NCBI RefSeq assembly: GCF_006345805.1 | Contig: NC_042998.1 | Coordinates: forward strand, 145,390,001-145,454,000 | DNA from: Octopus sinensis | Taxonomy: Eukaryota | Direction: 5' to 3' | Length of the DNA: 64,000 nt | Part shown: one piece after another, positions 13,501-26,653 of the stretch | Numbering within the stretch: the stretch's first letter is position 1 | How the letters are laid out: each line of letters starts with the position of its first letter | Translations under genes and position numbers: made by a program | The notes under the pieces: generated by a model | Databases searched by the model: none | Told to the model about the DNA's origin: nothing | Seen by the model: only the letters and a program-made list of their open reading frames with translations

Positions 13501-15608
13501 CTGGAAATGCGTAATCACATGTCTGGACATTTACTTTTGTATAATTTGCCGCCGATAAGGTATTCGGTTCCTATGTAGTCATCATTTCTTCGTTTTACTT
13601 TTATGCTACGCTCTACATGTATCCTGTTAAACTTATTATTTTCGCAAAAAGAAAAAAAAGATCATTCTTTATTCCTATTGATTCTGCTAGTTTAGAAACT
13701 GCCAAAATCAATAGAAAAAGATTAAAGAAAACCAAGTACGACTTCTCAGAGGATTGTTCAACAAACCAATTAATGCTCTTTGAGAAACCCCTTCACTTTA
13801 TTTTCCACTCTCGAATAACATAGAAAGAATCTGTTAGCACTACAGTTTAACCCTCAGCGAGGTTTTGTAATATCTAAGCTAATTATGCATTATACTTAAG
13901 TATGATAAACAGGAGGATGTTTTGATTTAATTGCTGCAATTGGGCACTCTGGATTATATTGAATATAACTATGTCGTATATATTTATTTGTAATACGTTC
14001 CAGCAGATTCAAACGTGAATATGCTAATCGCTGCTGTATTTCGTCTCCGGATCCCGCTTTCTCCCTTTAGATGAATGTGTGTTCATAAGACACTCGATTC
14101 ATTGATATAAGAAGATTTCGAGATACTGTGGTATTTCCTCCTTATTGTGTCTCCTTTAAGCACTTCATAATTTGGCTGAGGATTTTTTTTTTAGTTTTGG
14201 ATGATTATTTTTCTCTATCGAAGAACTGAAAATGATAAAGAATTTGGGTTGTACATTCATGAGAGTGTTCGACAGGAAATTTGATAAGTTTAATTTCCAC
14301 GAAGAATGTAGGATCTAATATTTCGAACTTTGCTGTTTGTCTGAGAATGAAAAAACGAGAAAAAGTTGTCATGTGCAATGGGCATTGAGGAAACATAATT
14401 CCTGTTATAGTTAGATTTAATAACCACAGAGATTTGGTGAAACCACATCTCGAACCAAGAAGTCCTGCAGGTCTAAATTTGCTTAATGCTGAGTCTATAC
14501 TTTAGGAATAATATTTCCATTTATGCGAGACGTGGTTCTTATAAAGGAAACAAAGATTACTCTGATAGTGCTCTACAGCGAACTGAAAGGTGGAAATTGT
14601 TGAAGAAGATAACTCGACACTCTGTGGGAGAAGAGAGCGGAGGGTTATAAGTGAAAGAGAAAAATTGAAAGAACAACAATAAGAAAATAGCGAAAAGACT
14701 AGAATAAGATCCACCACATCAGAACTATCAACGGTATTTATATTTTGAAATATAAGTAGTCATGGTTGTGCCACTGCTTTTGTTTTGGAATCTCAAGAAA
14801 GATCGAAATAACGATGAAGATTTCTCATCATACAAAGGAAAGTTCTACTACAAGTGACAGGCAAGAGAAGGAGAGAGAGATAGAGAGAGTGTGTGTGTGT
14901 GTTTGAGAGAGAGAGGGAGAGAAAGAGAGGAAGAGTGTGTGTGTGAGATGGAGAAAAAGAGAGAGAGAGAGAATGACATGTAGAAAAAGAGAGAAAGAAC
15001 GAAAGAGAGACAGAGAAAGAGATAGTGAGAGTGAAAGAAAGTGAGAGAGAGAGAGAGAGAGAGTGTGTATGTGTGTGAAAAAGAAAGAAAGAGGGAGAGA
15101 GAGGTAAAAGAAAAATGCTACAAATTTTGCTTAACCATTATTATATATTTATTTCCCCTATTTTATATAGTCGGGTGACTTCGGAGAAATTAAAATAAAA
15201 CCCGACAAGAATGCAAGGTGACACGTCAGTGTGGTCAACAGCAGTAATGGAGACATATCAATGTACTTTTATTGTATGAAGACTTTGAAGACTAAATATA
15301 TAACGTTTTCCAGTTGAACCTTTTCTAACAGCTGCCTTTCAATGGCTTCTGTGTGAATGGTCGCACAAGCTATTGGAATATAGCAGTACCTGCTTTTATA
15401 TGCTTACCGGTAAGTAGTTTTTGGTTGTGATTGTGCTTGTATTTCCTCATTGATATCATTGCATAATGATGATGTTTTCTTTGAAGTGTACTGCCTATTT
15501 AGAGACATATATATATATATATAGATGTGAATGTACGCATACATGTGTACGTACACACACACAAACATATTTATGTACGCATACAGACATACAGAGATGC
15601 AAACATAT

Positions 15609-15651
<43 letters not shown>

Positions 15652-15759
15652 GAGAGAGGAGAGAGAGGGGAAGACAGTGTGAGAGAGAGAGTGAATGTGC
15701 GAGAGAGCAAGAAAGGAAAACCTTTGAAAGTAAGTAATATGTTATGCGTGTGTGTGACC

Positions 15760-15797
<38 letters not shown>

Positions 15798-15804
15798 TTT
15801 TATT

Positions 15805-15991
15805 TGTTTCAGTCATTTGACTGTGGCCATGCTCGAAAACCTCCTTTAGTCGGTCAACTCGACTCTGTGACTTATTCTTTGTAAGCCTAGTACTTATTGT
15901 ATCGGTCCTTTTGCCGAACTGCTAAGTTACGGGGACGTAAACACGCCACCATCGGCTGTCAAGCGATGATGGCGGACAAACACAGGCACAG

Positions 15992-16035
<44 letters not shown>

Positions 16036-16155
16036 TCAAAGGTCTTCTTTCAGTTTCCGTCTACCAAATCGACTCACAAGGCTTTGGTCGGCTCGAAGCT
16101 ATAGTAGAAGGCACTTGCGCAAAGGTGCTATGCAGTGGGTCTGAACCCGAACCAC
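15805..16155 (-). mobile_element. SINE family 2 (CORE-like, with internal CA/TA microsatellite)
   Basis: Minus-strand head GTGGTTCGGGTTCAGACCCACTGCATAGCACCTTTGCGCAAGTGCCTTCTACTATAGC...GGTAGACGGAAACTGAAAGAAG, and 3' end CATGGCCACAGTCAAATGACTGAAACAA. Other copies at ~28930-29095, 29990-30352, 39160-39300, 40655-41036 and 44070-44118. Confidence 0.82.
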
Positions 16156-16187
16156 GATAATTTACAAATGAACAATACATGCATTTA

Positions 16188-16402
<215 letters not shown>

Positions 16403-16640
16403 CGCACACTTTATTGAAAAGCAGCAAAAGTATCGCAAAAACTGTTACCCAGAGTTTCACGTTCCCGTTCGTCGGACAGTTTATATATCCACACACACAT
16501 GTACATATCAGTACACACAAAAGCACACACATATATGAACACAGAAAGCATAGTCATATACAAATGTACTCACATACAAATACAAAAGCATTTAGCGGTC
16601 ATAAAAGATAATCTATGACAACCAGCATAGAGTTATAATT

Positions 16641-16824
16641 GAGTGAGAGAGCAGTGCATGCCATCAAAGTGACACTGGTGTAAAATATATGAAGCCCAGT
16701 ATACCCATCTCGGCAACTCAACTGATAAGAGTACACCAGGCACATGCATCACAACCATATTTGCGCGACATGGTGATCTCATATCAAGATAAACAGCACT
16801 GGACCTTGCAGGTGGGACCCAGTT
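16641..16824 (-). mobile_element. Non-coding element X, 5'-truncated copy
   Basis: Aligns with 22274-22460 (GCATGCCATCAAAGTGACACTGGTGTAAAATATA...CGACATGGTGAT...CCCAGTT). Stops abruptly at an (ATT)n array. Confidence 0.8.
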
Positions 16825-16841
16825 ATTATTATTATTATTAC

Positions 16842-16895
<54 letters not shown>

Positions 16896-16915
16896 CATCA
16901 TCATCATCATCATCA

Positions 16916-16958
<43 letters not shown>

Positions 16959-16983
16959 CATTATTATTATTATTATTATTATT
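16822..16983. repeat. (ATT)n/(ATC)n array between element X and Dong copy A
   Basis: Direct reading. Confidence 0.97.
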
Positions 16984-18355
16984 CAGTAGTTTTATTTTAA
17001 TTTTTATAGCGTGCTTTCACTTCACTACCGAGCGCAGCTCTGTGTGCCTTGGGTATGTGCTGTGATTTGTTGTGATGCTCTGATGGTTATTGTATGGAAG
17101 TGTTCTGCGTAGGATGTGTGCAGTGCCTAGTAGTGCAATTTTCTGTATGTTATATGTGTTTGTAAGTCCTGGTGTTTTTGTTATGTATTTGTCTGAATAT
17201 TTTTTTATCATGCCTAATGCACCTACTATGATAGGAATTGTTTCTGTTTTCAGATTCCACATTCTAGTTACCTCTATTTCCAGGTCTTTGTATTTTGAGA
17301 GTTTCTCCATTTCTTTTAGAGACACGTTGTCATCTGCCGGTACTGATACATCAATTAGAAAGCATTTTTTTTCTTCATGGTCTCTGACAACTATATCTGG
17401 TCTGTTGGCCTTAATTTCTCTATCTGTGTGTATCGGCATATCCCAGAGTATGGTTGCTTTCTCGTTTTCTGTGACCTTTTCTGGTGTGTGCCTATACCAT
17501 CTTTTTTCTGTTGTTATTCCATAATGTTGGCATAGCTTCCAATGTATGTAAGTTCCAACTCTGTCATGTCTGTGATATATTCCTTCTTAGCCAGGACTGG
17601 GCAGCTAGAGATAATATGATTTATTGTTTCTTGTCCATCTCCACATATTCTGCAGTTACTTGTAATATTTCTTTTCATTACATGTCTTTGGTAATTTCTG
17701 GTGGGGAGGCTTTGGTCTTGTGCTGCAATTAAAAATCCCTCTGTTTCTGCTTTGAGTCCTGAGCTTCTCAACCATTGCTGGGATTTTTCTTTGTCTATTT
17801 CTTTTGCGTTTAGTTTAGTCCAGTATTTACCATGAAGGGGCTTTTCTTGCCATCGTTTTATCATGGTTCGTTGCTGTTCTATTTTTAGTTTGGATTTCAT
17901 TTTTTTTATAGCTTTTGTTGTTTCTTCATCTTCTTCTTCTTCTTCATGTTTATTAGGTGGTATGATTTCTTGTTTGTATTTGTCAGCTTCCTTAAATACT
18001 GAGAACAGTTTTTTGTTTTGCTCGTGTTTTGCCGCTATCTGGATCAGTTTTCCTTCCTTCTGAAGTAGATATTTTTGCAGTCCTATGGTGGTTATTTTAT
18101 AGTAGTTTTCCAGCTGTATAAGGCCTCTACCACCATCTATACGTTGTATATATAGTCTTTCTATGTCAGATTTTGGGTGATGCATCCTAGATCCTGTCAT
18201 TATTTTTCTTGTTTTCCTGTCTATTTTGGTCAGTTCATTTCGTGTCCAGTTAAGGATATTGTAGCTGTAACTTATAACTGGGACAGCTAAAGTGTTGATA
18301 CCTATTATCTTGTTTTTAGCATTGAGCTCTGTGTTGATCTAACTCGTCTATAATA
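16984..18355 (-). mobile_element. R4/Dong-type LINE copy A, 5'-truncated, well preserved (zinc knuckle plus restriction-like endonuclease)
   Basis: ORF 17514-18200: HHPKSDIERLY...GGRGL, LIAAQDQSL, CRIC...ETINHIISSC. ORF 17017-17439: TDREIKANRPDIVV...FLID...KEMEKLSKYKDL...LLGTAHILRR (PD-(D/E)xK RLE). The 3' UTR runs directly into (AAT)n. Confidence 0.93.
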
Positions 18356-18384
18356 TTTTTTTTTTATTTTCTCTTTCTTTATTT

Positions 18385-18395
18385 ATTATTATTTC

Positions 18396-18483
<88 letters not shown>
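18385..18483. repeat. (ATT)n array between Dong copies A and B
   Basis: Direct reading. Confidence 0.97.
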
Positions 18484-18484
<1 letters not shown>

Positions 18485-21400
18485 TTCATATATACTTTAA
18501 TAGCTTAGACTGTTGGAAAAGAAAGAATCCTAATATCGGGCTACAACAAGTATCCTTAGATGCCAAGGACCCTCCTATTGGGTCACAACAAGTAACCTTA
18601 GGTGCCAAGAACCCCCCCCCCCCCAAATTATCCTAACTGTTCCTAATACACTGTTTTCTTGAGCTGTACTAAACTGGGTTTTATGCCTATTTCCTCCATT
18701 CATCAGTTCAGATATTTAGGGATTGTTCTCAATGTACCTATAACTACTGGGATACATTTTACCCACACTTTCCATAGTCTCTGTAATTCAATAGCTAGAT
18801 CCTGGTAGTTTGCTATTTTTCTATACTTCTCTTGTTCATTTTTTTATCATCTGGGTCTGTAAAGTCAATTATCTATCATTTCTAATTCCCTTTATTTACT
18901 ACTACCAACCCAGGCCTTCTAGATTCTATTACTGCGTTAGTCTGAATGTTAACATCCCACAAGGTCTTGTATTTCTTACTTTCTAGTACTTTACGAGGTT
19001 CATGTTCATACCATTTATCACTATGTTCAAATCCTAGCTTTCTACATAGCTCCCAGTGGATTGCGCTCCCTTGACTGTCATGTCTTTTCTTTGTATTCTT
19101 TTTGTGCCAGCATGCTACATTCACTTATGAGTAACGCTTTCCTCTTGATTTGCATAATCTACATTGGGAATTTACATGTTTTTTGTCTATGTTGGCTTTT
19201 ATCCAATTAGTCCTTAATGCTCGATCTTGTGCAGCTACTAACACACTTTCTGTCTCCCTCTTCATCTTTTTTTTCTGCAACGATAACCATGTCTCACTAC
19301 TACTATTTGCTGAAACTATCTTTAGGAATCTACCATGCAATGCCTTCTTCTGCCAGTCAGATAATTTCTGTACTTTTTTCTGGCTTTGAATTTCGTCTGT
19401 GTTTTTGGTTTTCCTATGTCTTGCTGTGACTCTAGTAGCTTTAATAAACTTTCTTCACTATTACCTACATTAGAGTATATATCTACTCTAGCTAACTCCA
19501 CGTAGTCTTCTACTGATATTAACCCCCTTCCGCCTTCTTTTCTATGTAGATATAATCTTACTACTCTTGCCTTTGGGTGGAGTCCTCCATTTATATTGAA
19601 TTCCTCCCTAGTTCTTCTTTCTAGCTTTGCTAATTTAGTTTTTGTCGAATGTACAAAAGCTGCTGAGTATCTAAGTAATAATACTGCCCAAGTATTTACA
19701 GCCTTCACTTGATTTGGACCATTTAACTTTGACTTCATTAGCTTCCTCACCCTTCTGATGTACTCCTCGATTTCCGATTTCATTTCTGTAGTTAGTACAG
19801 AAAAACTAATACTTAGAACTCTCTCCTCCTTTCAATGATTTTAATGTCTGCCCATCTGGTAATTGGATTCCTTCGGTCTTGACTACATGTCTCCTTCTCA
19901 TGACTAATATTGCACACTTATCTATGCTAAATTCCATGCCTATATCTTTGCTGAAGACTCTTAGAGTTTGTATTAAGGAATGTATTTCTTTTTCATTCTT
20001 ACTAAAAGGCTTCAGATCATCCATGTAGAGCAAATGGTTAATTTTTCTATTACTATTTCTGAACTGATACCCTGCCTTTGCCTTCCTTGATACTAAACAG
20101 AAGGGGATCAAACATAAGACAAATATTAAAGGGGCCAACGAGACCATCTGGAAAATACCTCTTTTGATATTAACTATCCCTAGGAGTGTTTTACCTGAGT
20201 AGAGATTTACTTTCCCTTTATTCATGCTAAAGCTAATTAAATTTTCTTATGTTGTCTGCTATGCTGAATATACTCAAACATTTACTTATCTATGTTGTGA
20301 CATCATGTCATAAGCTTTCCTATAATCTATCCATGCTATTGTTGAATTTTTTTCCTTTTAGCTTTTATTTCATTTAGAACTGCTTTGTCTATATATAACA
20401 GATCATGCGTTCCTCTAGTCTTCTTCCTACAACCTTTCTGTTCTTCACGTAGTAAATTCTGGTTGTCAAGGTACTTGTAAATGCTCTCTGAAAGCATTCC
20501 TGTTAACAGCTTCCACACTGATAGTAAGCGAATGATTGGTCTATAGTATTACTCTTATCTTTCATGATGAATATTGTCCTCCATCTAGTCATCCAATCTG
20601 CTATTATTCCTCCATTAAGGCAATCCTGAAGTTGTTCCCTCAGCCTCCCAAGTAAACTACTAAATTTCTTTAACCAGTATTCTTGAACTAAATCTGGTCC
20701 TGGTCCCTTCCAATTCGGTATTTTCCCTTACACTTTACTTATTAATGTACTAGCTAATGTTAGATCTAACTGCTTCTCACTCACTAATAATTCTTCCCTC
20801 GTTTTCTTTAACCATACTGCATCTCCATTATAATTGACTGGCTTATCCTAAATATTACTCCAGAACTTTTTAACTTCCTCTGCATTAGGTTTCTCAGCTT
20901 CAGTACTTTCAAATAATCTATTCTATTGATACTGGTCTATTCTTTTCTGATATCTAGAGAGCTTACCTGCTACTGCTATGATACGTTGTTTCAACTCTTC
21001 TATTATTATCCCAAATACTTTTTCCTTACTAAGTATCTTTTCTCGAGGAAAGGTTTACATCTTGTGTCTCCTAACTTGTTTGTTTTCTAGGCTTCTATTC
21101 TACTCAGATCTTGTCTTAATGTGTTCACTTTATTTTGTAGTCTCCTTTTCCACATTTGCTCCTTTTCAATCTTTCCCTGTGAGATATCTAATCTTCTCTC
21201 TCCTGCATAGATCACTAAGTTAGGATCTCCTATATTTTTAGTATCTCTCCTACCGATAACAGAATCTACTTGCCTAGTCATTTCTAGCAGCTTCCTTCTG
21301 TTGGTGCCTTTTAATGCTGGCAATCTTTTTCTTACTTCTTTACTCATTACTTCTTGCAACCCACTCACCTAAATCACTTAAGTCGATGGTGTCAGTTTTC

Positions 21401-22170
21401 CCTTCTTTATTGGTAGCACTATTATTATATTTTCCTTTAGGTTCTTCTTTGGTTTGAGATGTATCTCTTATGTTGTTGCTTGTCTTTACCATTGCCTGGT
21501 CTTTCCTTTCCAGTTCTCTTGTGATCTCTTCTACCTCCAATTCTGTCATCCACTTTCTTCTCCTAATAGTATTAGCTTGATCAACTTAATCTCTGCTCAG
21601 TCACTTTAAACATATCCTTCACTACCCAAAGTTTTAACATCAGTTTTCTATAGCCCCTTCTTTTAGGTTCATTTTCTAAGTAGCACTGCATCACTATCCT
21701 GTTTTCTTCGCTGGTCCACTTCCTTCTCTTTGCTCTATTATCAGCTGACGATGTATTGGGATAACAGCTGTGGTCAGTTTGCATCCTTATTTAACCACTG
21801 CCGAGCGAGAGACCTTCCCTTAAAGGTCCAGTTTCATTTTCGATGTTACAATCGAGTTTCTTCGGAAACTCCTGTCTCTCATAAACTGAGGTAAGGTAAC
21901 GTTCGTCACTATCGTCATCGCCACTTTTCGACATCTAAAAGTTTCAAGCATCATTTGTTGCCCCTTTGAGCGGGTGGGGTGGAGTGATCAGCATTTTTTG
22001 TTTAGTGGGGATATTATATTGTATCAGTACTTTTGTTTGGGGGTTTGGTTTGGGTTTCTGTTGTATTAGTTGTTATATTGTGCGTTGTTTGTGCAGTGCA
22101 GGTAGCGTTCTTCTGATGAATATCGGTCTTCTACGGCACATGTTGTGTGTTTTGTTCATTTTGCTCGTTA
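18484..22170 (-). mobile_element. R4/Dong-type LINE copy B, apparently full length (~3.7 kb), frameshifted
   Basis: In-frame ATG at 21934 (MSKSGDDD..., one stop) leads into the N-terminal domain RRKWTSEENRIVMQCYLENEPKRRGYRK. RT: EEQKGCR, GIFQ, NHLLYMDDLK (19806-20225). Then LHPKARVVRLYLHRKEGGRG, AAQDRALRTN...CRLC, HWELCRK...WDVNIQTNAVIESRRPG. Both ends abut (AAT)n. Confidence 0.92.
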
Positions 22171-22258
<88 letters not shown>

Positions 22259-22273
22259 GTTATTACTATTATT
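22171..22273. repeat. (ATT)n/(ATC)n array
   Basis: Direct reading. Confidence 0.97.
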
Positions 22274-22820
22274 GAGTGAAAGAGCAGGGCATGCCATCAA
22301 AGTGACACTGGTGTAAAATATACGATGCCCGGTATACCCATCATGACTACTTAAGTTTACATCAAGCACATCCACCACAACCATTTGTATGCGACATGGT
22401 GATTTCATATGAGGATAAGCAACGCATAACTTTGCAGATGGGGGCCCAGTTAGAATTTTCTTCAGGCCGAGTGGCCCATCCCGTCCAAAGGGTCCCTGAA
22501 TAAGGGTTGTTTAAGGATGTGGAACGAAACACCCATGTTTCCAGAGGAGAATTATTCATACCCCTCAGAATTTCTCTCAACACATGGCTATGATGCTTCC
22601 CCACTGCTGCTCGTAATCAGAGATGCACATATCGTCAGCAACCAGGGAATGCTCAACCGGTTAAAGTTAAACAACTGACAAGCAAATCTGTGGTATTGAG
22701 CAGAATATTTGCTGTAGCCCATCTTTTATAACAAGACAAAACATCAAAACGCACATAACATTTCCAATCAGTTAAGATATGAATCCATGAAAGCCAGTGC
22801 ATGGTACTGCATCAGGGCAT
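22274..22820 (-). mobile_element. Non-coding element X, apparently complete (~550 bp), SINE-like/non-autonomous
   Basis: Non-repetitive block bounded on both sides by trinucleotide arrays. The minus-strand 3' end GCTCTTTCACTC is followed by AATAATAGTAAT. Second, truncated copy at 16641-16824. No RT or endonuclease motif. Confidence 0.72.
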
Positions 22821-22821
22821 T

Positions 22822-22822
<1 letters not shown>

Positions 22823-22874
<52 letters not shown>

Positions 22875-22880
22875 TTATTA

Positions 22881-22938
<58 letters not shown>
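22823..22938. repeat. (TAC)n then (TAT)n array
   Basis: Direct reading. Confidence 0.97.
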
Positions 22939-25140
22939 TTACATTTCACTCCTCAGAGGTTTCGATTTCACTTGCTATGGCTAATTCTGTAAGAGCGGAC
23001 AACAGTTTTCTGAGGATGTTCTATTCTCATGTCAATCCTAATTTCTCCAATATATTTCTCTAACCTTGTCAATGCTCCCAGTGCCCCTACAACTACTGGG
23101 TTGACAGTTACTTTCTTCATTGCCCACATTCGTGCAATATTATCGTTTTAGTGGTTTTTACTTCTCATTCTTCCCCAGTTCTTTACCAACCACTTCTACA
23201 CCCCCAGGTATGACAATATCTATGATCTTGGTTTCTTTCATTGTTTTATCAACTACAACAATGTCTAATCTCCTAGCATCAATCACTGAATCACACTGAA
23301 TTGTAAAATCCCACAAGATCTTATATACATTGTTCTCGGTGATACCTTCTGTCCTTCTAAGACTTTACTCACACAATCTCCAGTGAACATTCTAGGCTAC
23401 GTTACCATGCCCCCTTTTGTATCCCTTTTGAACTAATTTACCAAACTCACAATATGTGAGATTGTTTTATTTTTGATGCCAAATATCCTGCAAAGGGGCG
23501 ATTCACTACTTTATCTATTTGGAACTTGGTGCAGTTAGTCCTCAGATCTTTTTCCTGAGCGCTGCATATCAATGCTTCAGTGCATCCTTTCAGCGTACTT
23601 TTCTTTAGTCACCTCCAGCTGTTGCTCTAGTCTTTCCCTTCCAATTCTCTGAAGTATTTCCCATGCATCGCTTTTATTTTTTAGTTCAATCTTTGTTTTC
23701 CATCTTGTTTTTTTTTTGCTTTTAGGTGATGCATACGATGCAGTGTCATCAGCTTTCGCATTTTGACATCAGCTTAGTTGATCTCAGAGAGGGGTCAGTT
23801 TGAAACTGTATGTGATTACAGGCATGGCCAATTTATTTGTGGCCTCAATTTTGTTACTGGCATTCAGCTAGGTTTTCAGAATGGCTCTTACTCTTCGGTA
23901 ACACTTCTTCCTTATCTTTTCTCTGATTAGTGAGTGTCTAATCTCGTCTCATCCACATACTCCTAGATACCTATAACTGCACTGAGATTCTAATTCTTTT
24001 ATCGCAGTGTCTCTATCTAGAATGATGTTGCATGTCTTTGATAGTATTTCCCTTGGTAATTGCAGACTTGACGCATTTGTCGAGCCCAAATTCCATTTTG
24101 ATGCTATCATTAAATTGTTTGACTGTGTGTAGGAGCACTTGCAGCTGGTAGTCATTTTTTGCAAACAGTTTCAAGTCACCTATATGTAGGATGTGAGTAA
24201 CTGTTTTCCATAATTTGTTTCATTCAGGAATTTACTTAGAGGAAATAGTGCTAAGCAGAACAGTAAAGGAGATAATGAGTCTACTTGAAGATACTTCAAT
24301 TGATATTGAGTTGTCCAGCGTTTATACTTGTAGAGTCAGTGTCGAGAATTAATGTAATTTTTCAGAACTTCATAGTGTGAGATACAAAATTCTTGATTTC
24401 TGGTGTAGTTTTGAACATCTCCAAGCATTCCTTTATCCAACTGTGAGAAAGACTATCAAATGCCACTGGGAGATGCTCTTTTACCTGTTGCGACAATCTT
24501 CTAAGATCATTCTGTTAATTAATAATTGATGTTGTTGTTGATGACAAAGGCATATGTGCGTTCCATTAGGAGAACTGTAAGGGTTTTGTACATTGTTGTC
24601 ACTGTCTGTAGTTCTTACGTTCTTTTTTTGTTTCATTAATGCCATTGGCCAACCATTTAGGTATCGTTTGCGGTTTCCTTCATTACTGCGTTGTAACATG
24701 AAGTTTCTTGTCTGAGTTTACACATTGAGACAATAGTTCGGGATCTTATCCATACAAGGTGACTGAACTTTTTTAATGTGAGTCTGATATCTTCTACACT
24801 TATCTCATATTTGGCCTCTTATAAGCTCGGGTTCTTCTCGACTATTAATTTATGAAATATCACAGTTATGATCCTTTTCAACTGCCCAAATTTTCCTCCA
24901 GATTTCCTGCATTTCATGCACTTAGAGGACTTCTATTATGATGGTGTTGTTTCAATATGCCTATAAACCTCTTTGGATTAATTTTAATCATGCTATTATC
25001 TTTGGAGGAACTGAATCATTTTACAAAGTGGGGTATATATCGTTTTACAAAGTGGGGTATATGAACTGCTTTGGCCTGGACCTTTTTGTTTAACTTCTGT
25101 ACTATTTCATCAAACTGGTGTTCTGGCGTCAGCTCGTACT
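22939..25140 (-). mobile_element. R4/Dong-type LINE copy C, 5'-truncated, strongly decayed
   Basis: Minus-strand translations: AFDSLSHSWIKECLEMFK (~24420), VTHILHIGDLKLFAKND (~24180), SYRYLG (23949 ORF), NILRKLLS near the 3' end. The 3' UTR GAGGAGTGAAATGTAAA runs into (AAT)n. Confidence 0.85.
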
Positions 25141-25494
25141 TCCATTTTATTTTATATTGTAATCGCATATCGCTTACAGAACGAAATTCGCTTCTATTTT
25201 TTTTCTCCTAGATATATGACAGTTTATTGGTGATTTAAATTCAGTGATTATTTGCATATTTTGTCTTTGTTAGTGTAAAGTCGTTTTATTGTTGTTTTGT
25301 TTTCTTTCGTTTATGATATGTCATTTTGTGTGCGTATGTGTGTATTGTATTAACATTATTTACCTGGTGAATAAGTATTAACATGTATACATGTACGTAT
25401 AAACAGTTGGATGTATACATAACTAATTAATTTACGTACTTGTTATTACTCTTGAATACTGTCCTGATGTCATATGGGCCGCATATCTAAAAGC

Positions 25495-26400
25495 AACCAT
25501 ATGGCTGTGATATGTTGATGACATCTTTATACTCTGGCCCCACCAGAAAGATGTCCAAGTGCTATTAGATCATGTGATCTCAATAAATCCATCCATATAG
25601 TTCACAATGGAAAAAGAAAAAGACAATCAGCTAGCATTACTGGACGTATTAATAACACGCACCAAGTATGGATTCAGGACATCAGTATACCGCAAGCCGA
25701 CCTTCACTGGACGATACCTCAACTTCAATTCCCACCATCCATACAGTGTAACGAGAAGGATTGCTCAGTGCCTAAAACATCGAGCAAAGTATATAAATAG
25801 CGATCGTGATACCCACAACGAAGAATTGATCAAGCTCAGTTACAATCCATTAAGCAAGAACTACACCAAAAACATACTATCCACCCCAATTATGAAGAAA
25901 AAGAGAGGATGAAACCAATAAACTGTCCACAGTCTGTCAACTCTATATGAAAGGCCTCTCCGATAAGATACAAAAGATGTACGGCCCACATGACATTAGG
26001 GCAGTATTCAAGAGTAATACAACACTTCGCAAATATCTCCATCGAGTAAAATTATTAATAGAAGAGAATTTGATCAAAAACTGCGTGTACTCCATCCCAT
26101 TCAACTGTGGTAGGTTATACAAAGGCGAAACATGCCATTCCCTCAAAATAAGGGTAGACTAACATCGCAAAGCTGTGACACGAGGAGATATTGATAAATC
26201 GGGTACAGCTGTTCATGTATGTAAAAATGGAGACTACCTCTCCCTGTGGGATGAAGTTAAAATAATAGACAGAGAACACCCCTGGAAAATACGAAAAACT
26301 AAAAGAAGCAGCACATATGCTAGGATATAAGAACCTCCTAAGCAGACCGAGTGCAGATATGAGCAGCATATGGGAACCGGTATTAAGGAAGGATAGGAGA
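25495..26400 (+). mobile_element. Penelope-like element fragment (RT C-terminus plus GIY-YIG endonuclease)
   Basis: YVDDIFILW at ~25510; ORF 25607-25912 LALLDVLI...SVYRKPTFTGRYLNFNSHHP; ORF 25947-26162 NCVYSIPFNCGRLYKGET...LKIRV. Confidence 0.92.
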
Positions 26401-26492
26401 TTTATAAGCCCTAAAATTCACTCCATAATTGTCCACAAGCATATGGTGTAGCGGTTAAGATCGTTCGATTCCAGATAGAGACCTGAATGGTA

Positions 26493-26557
<65 letters not shown>

Positions 26558-26653
26558 CGAAAAATACCTTAGGAATGAGAATCCAGCCGAAACGTTGTTA
26601 AAAAGATGAGGACAAATATCCGTCAAATGGAAATAATTACTATTATTGTCTTT

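Noticed and set aside
13560-14800. Non-repetitive stretch that might hold host exons (likewise 27.4-29.9 kb and 41.0-42.9 kb)
   Set aside because: Only short ORFs with no recognisable domain or convincing splice-bounded frame. Small exons cannot be excluded without RNA-seq or homology search.
22420-22500. Possible HDV-like ribozyme in element X or the Dong B 5' UTR
   Set aside because: Only a simple GGGCC/GGCCC hairpin is visible; I could not assemble the nested double pseudoknot by eye.
22362-22604. 80-aa ORF within element X
   Set aside because: No recognisable domain, and the frame is not preserved in the overlapping part of the second copy; treated as incidental.
16641-25140. Repeat-spacer periodicity superficially like a CRISPR array
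   Set aside because: The repeats are variable-length microsatellites, the spacers are kb-scale retroelements, there are no cas genes and the context is eukaryotic.
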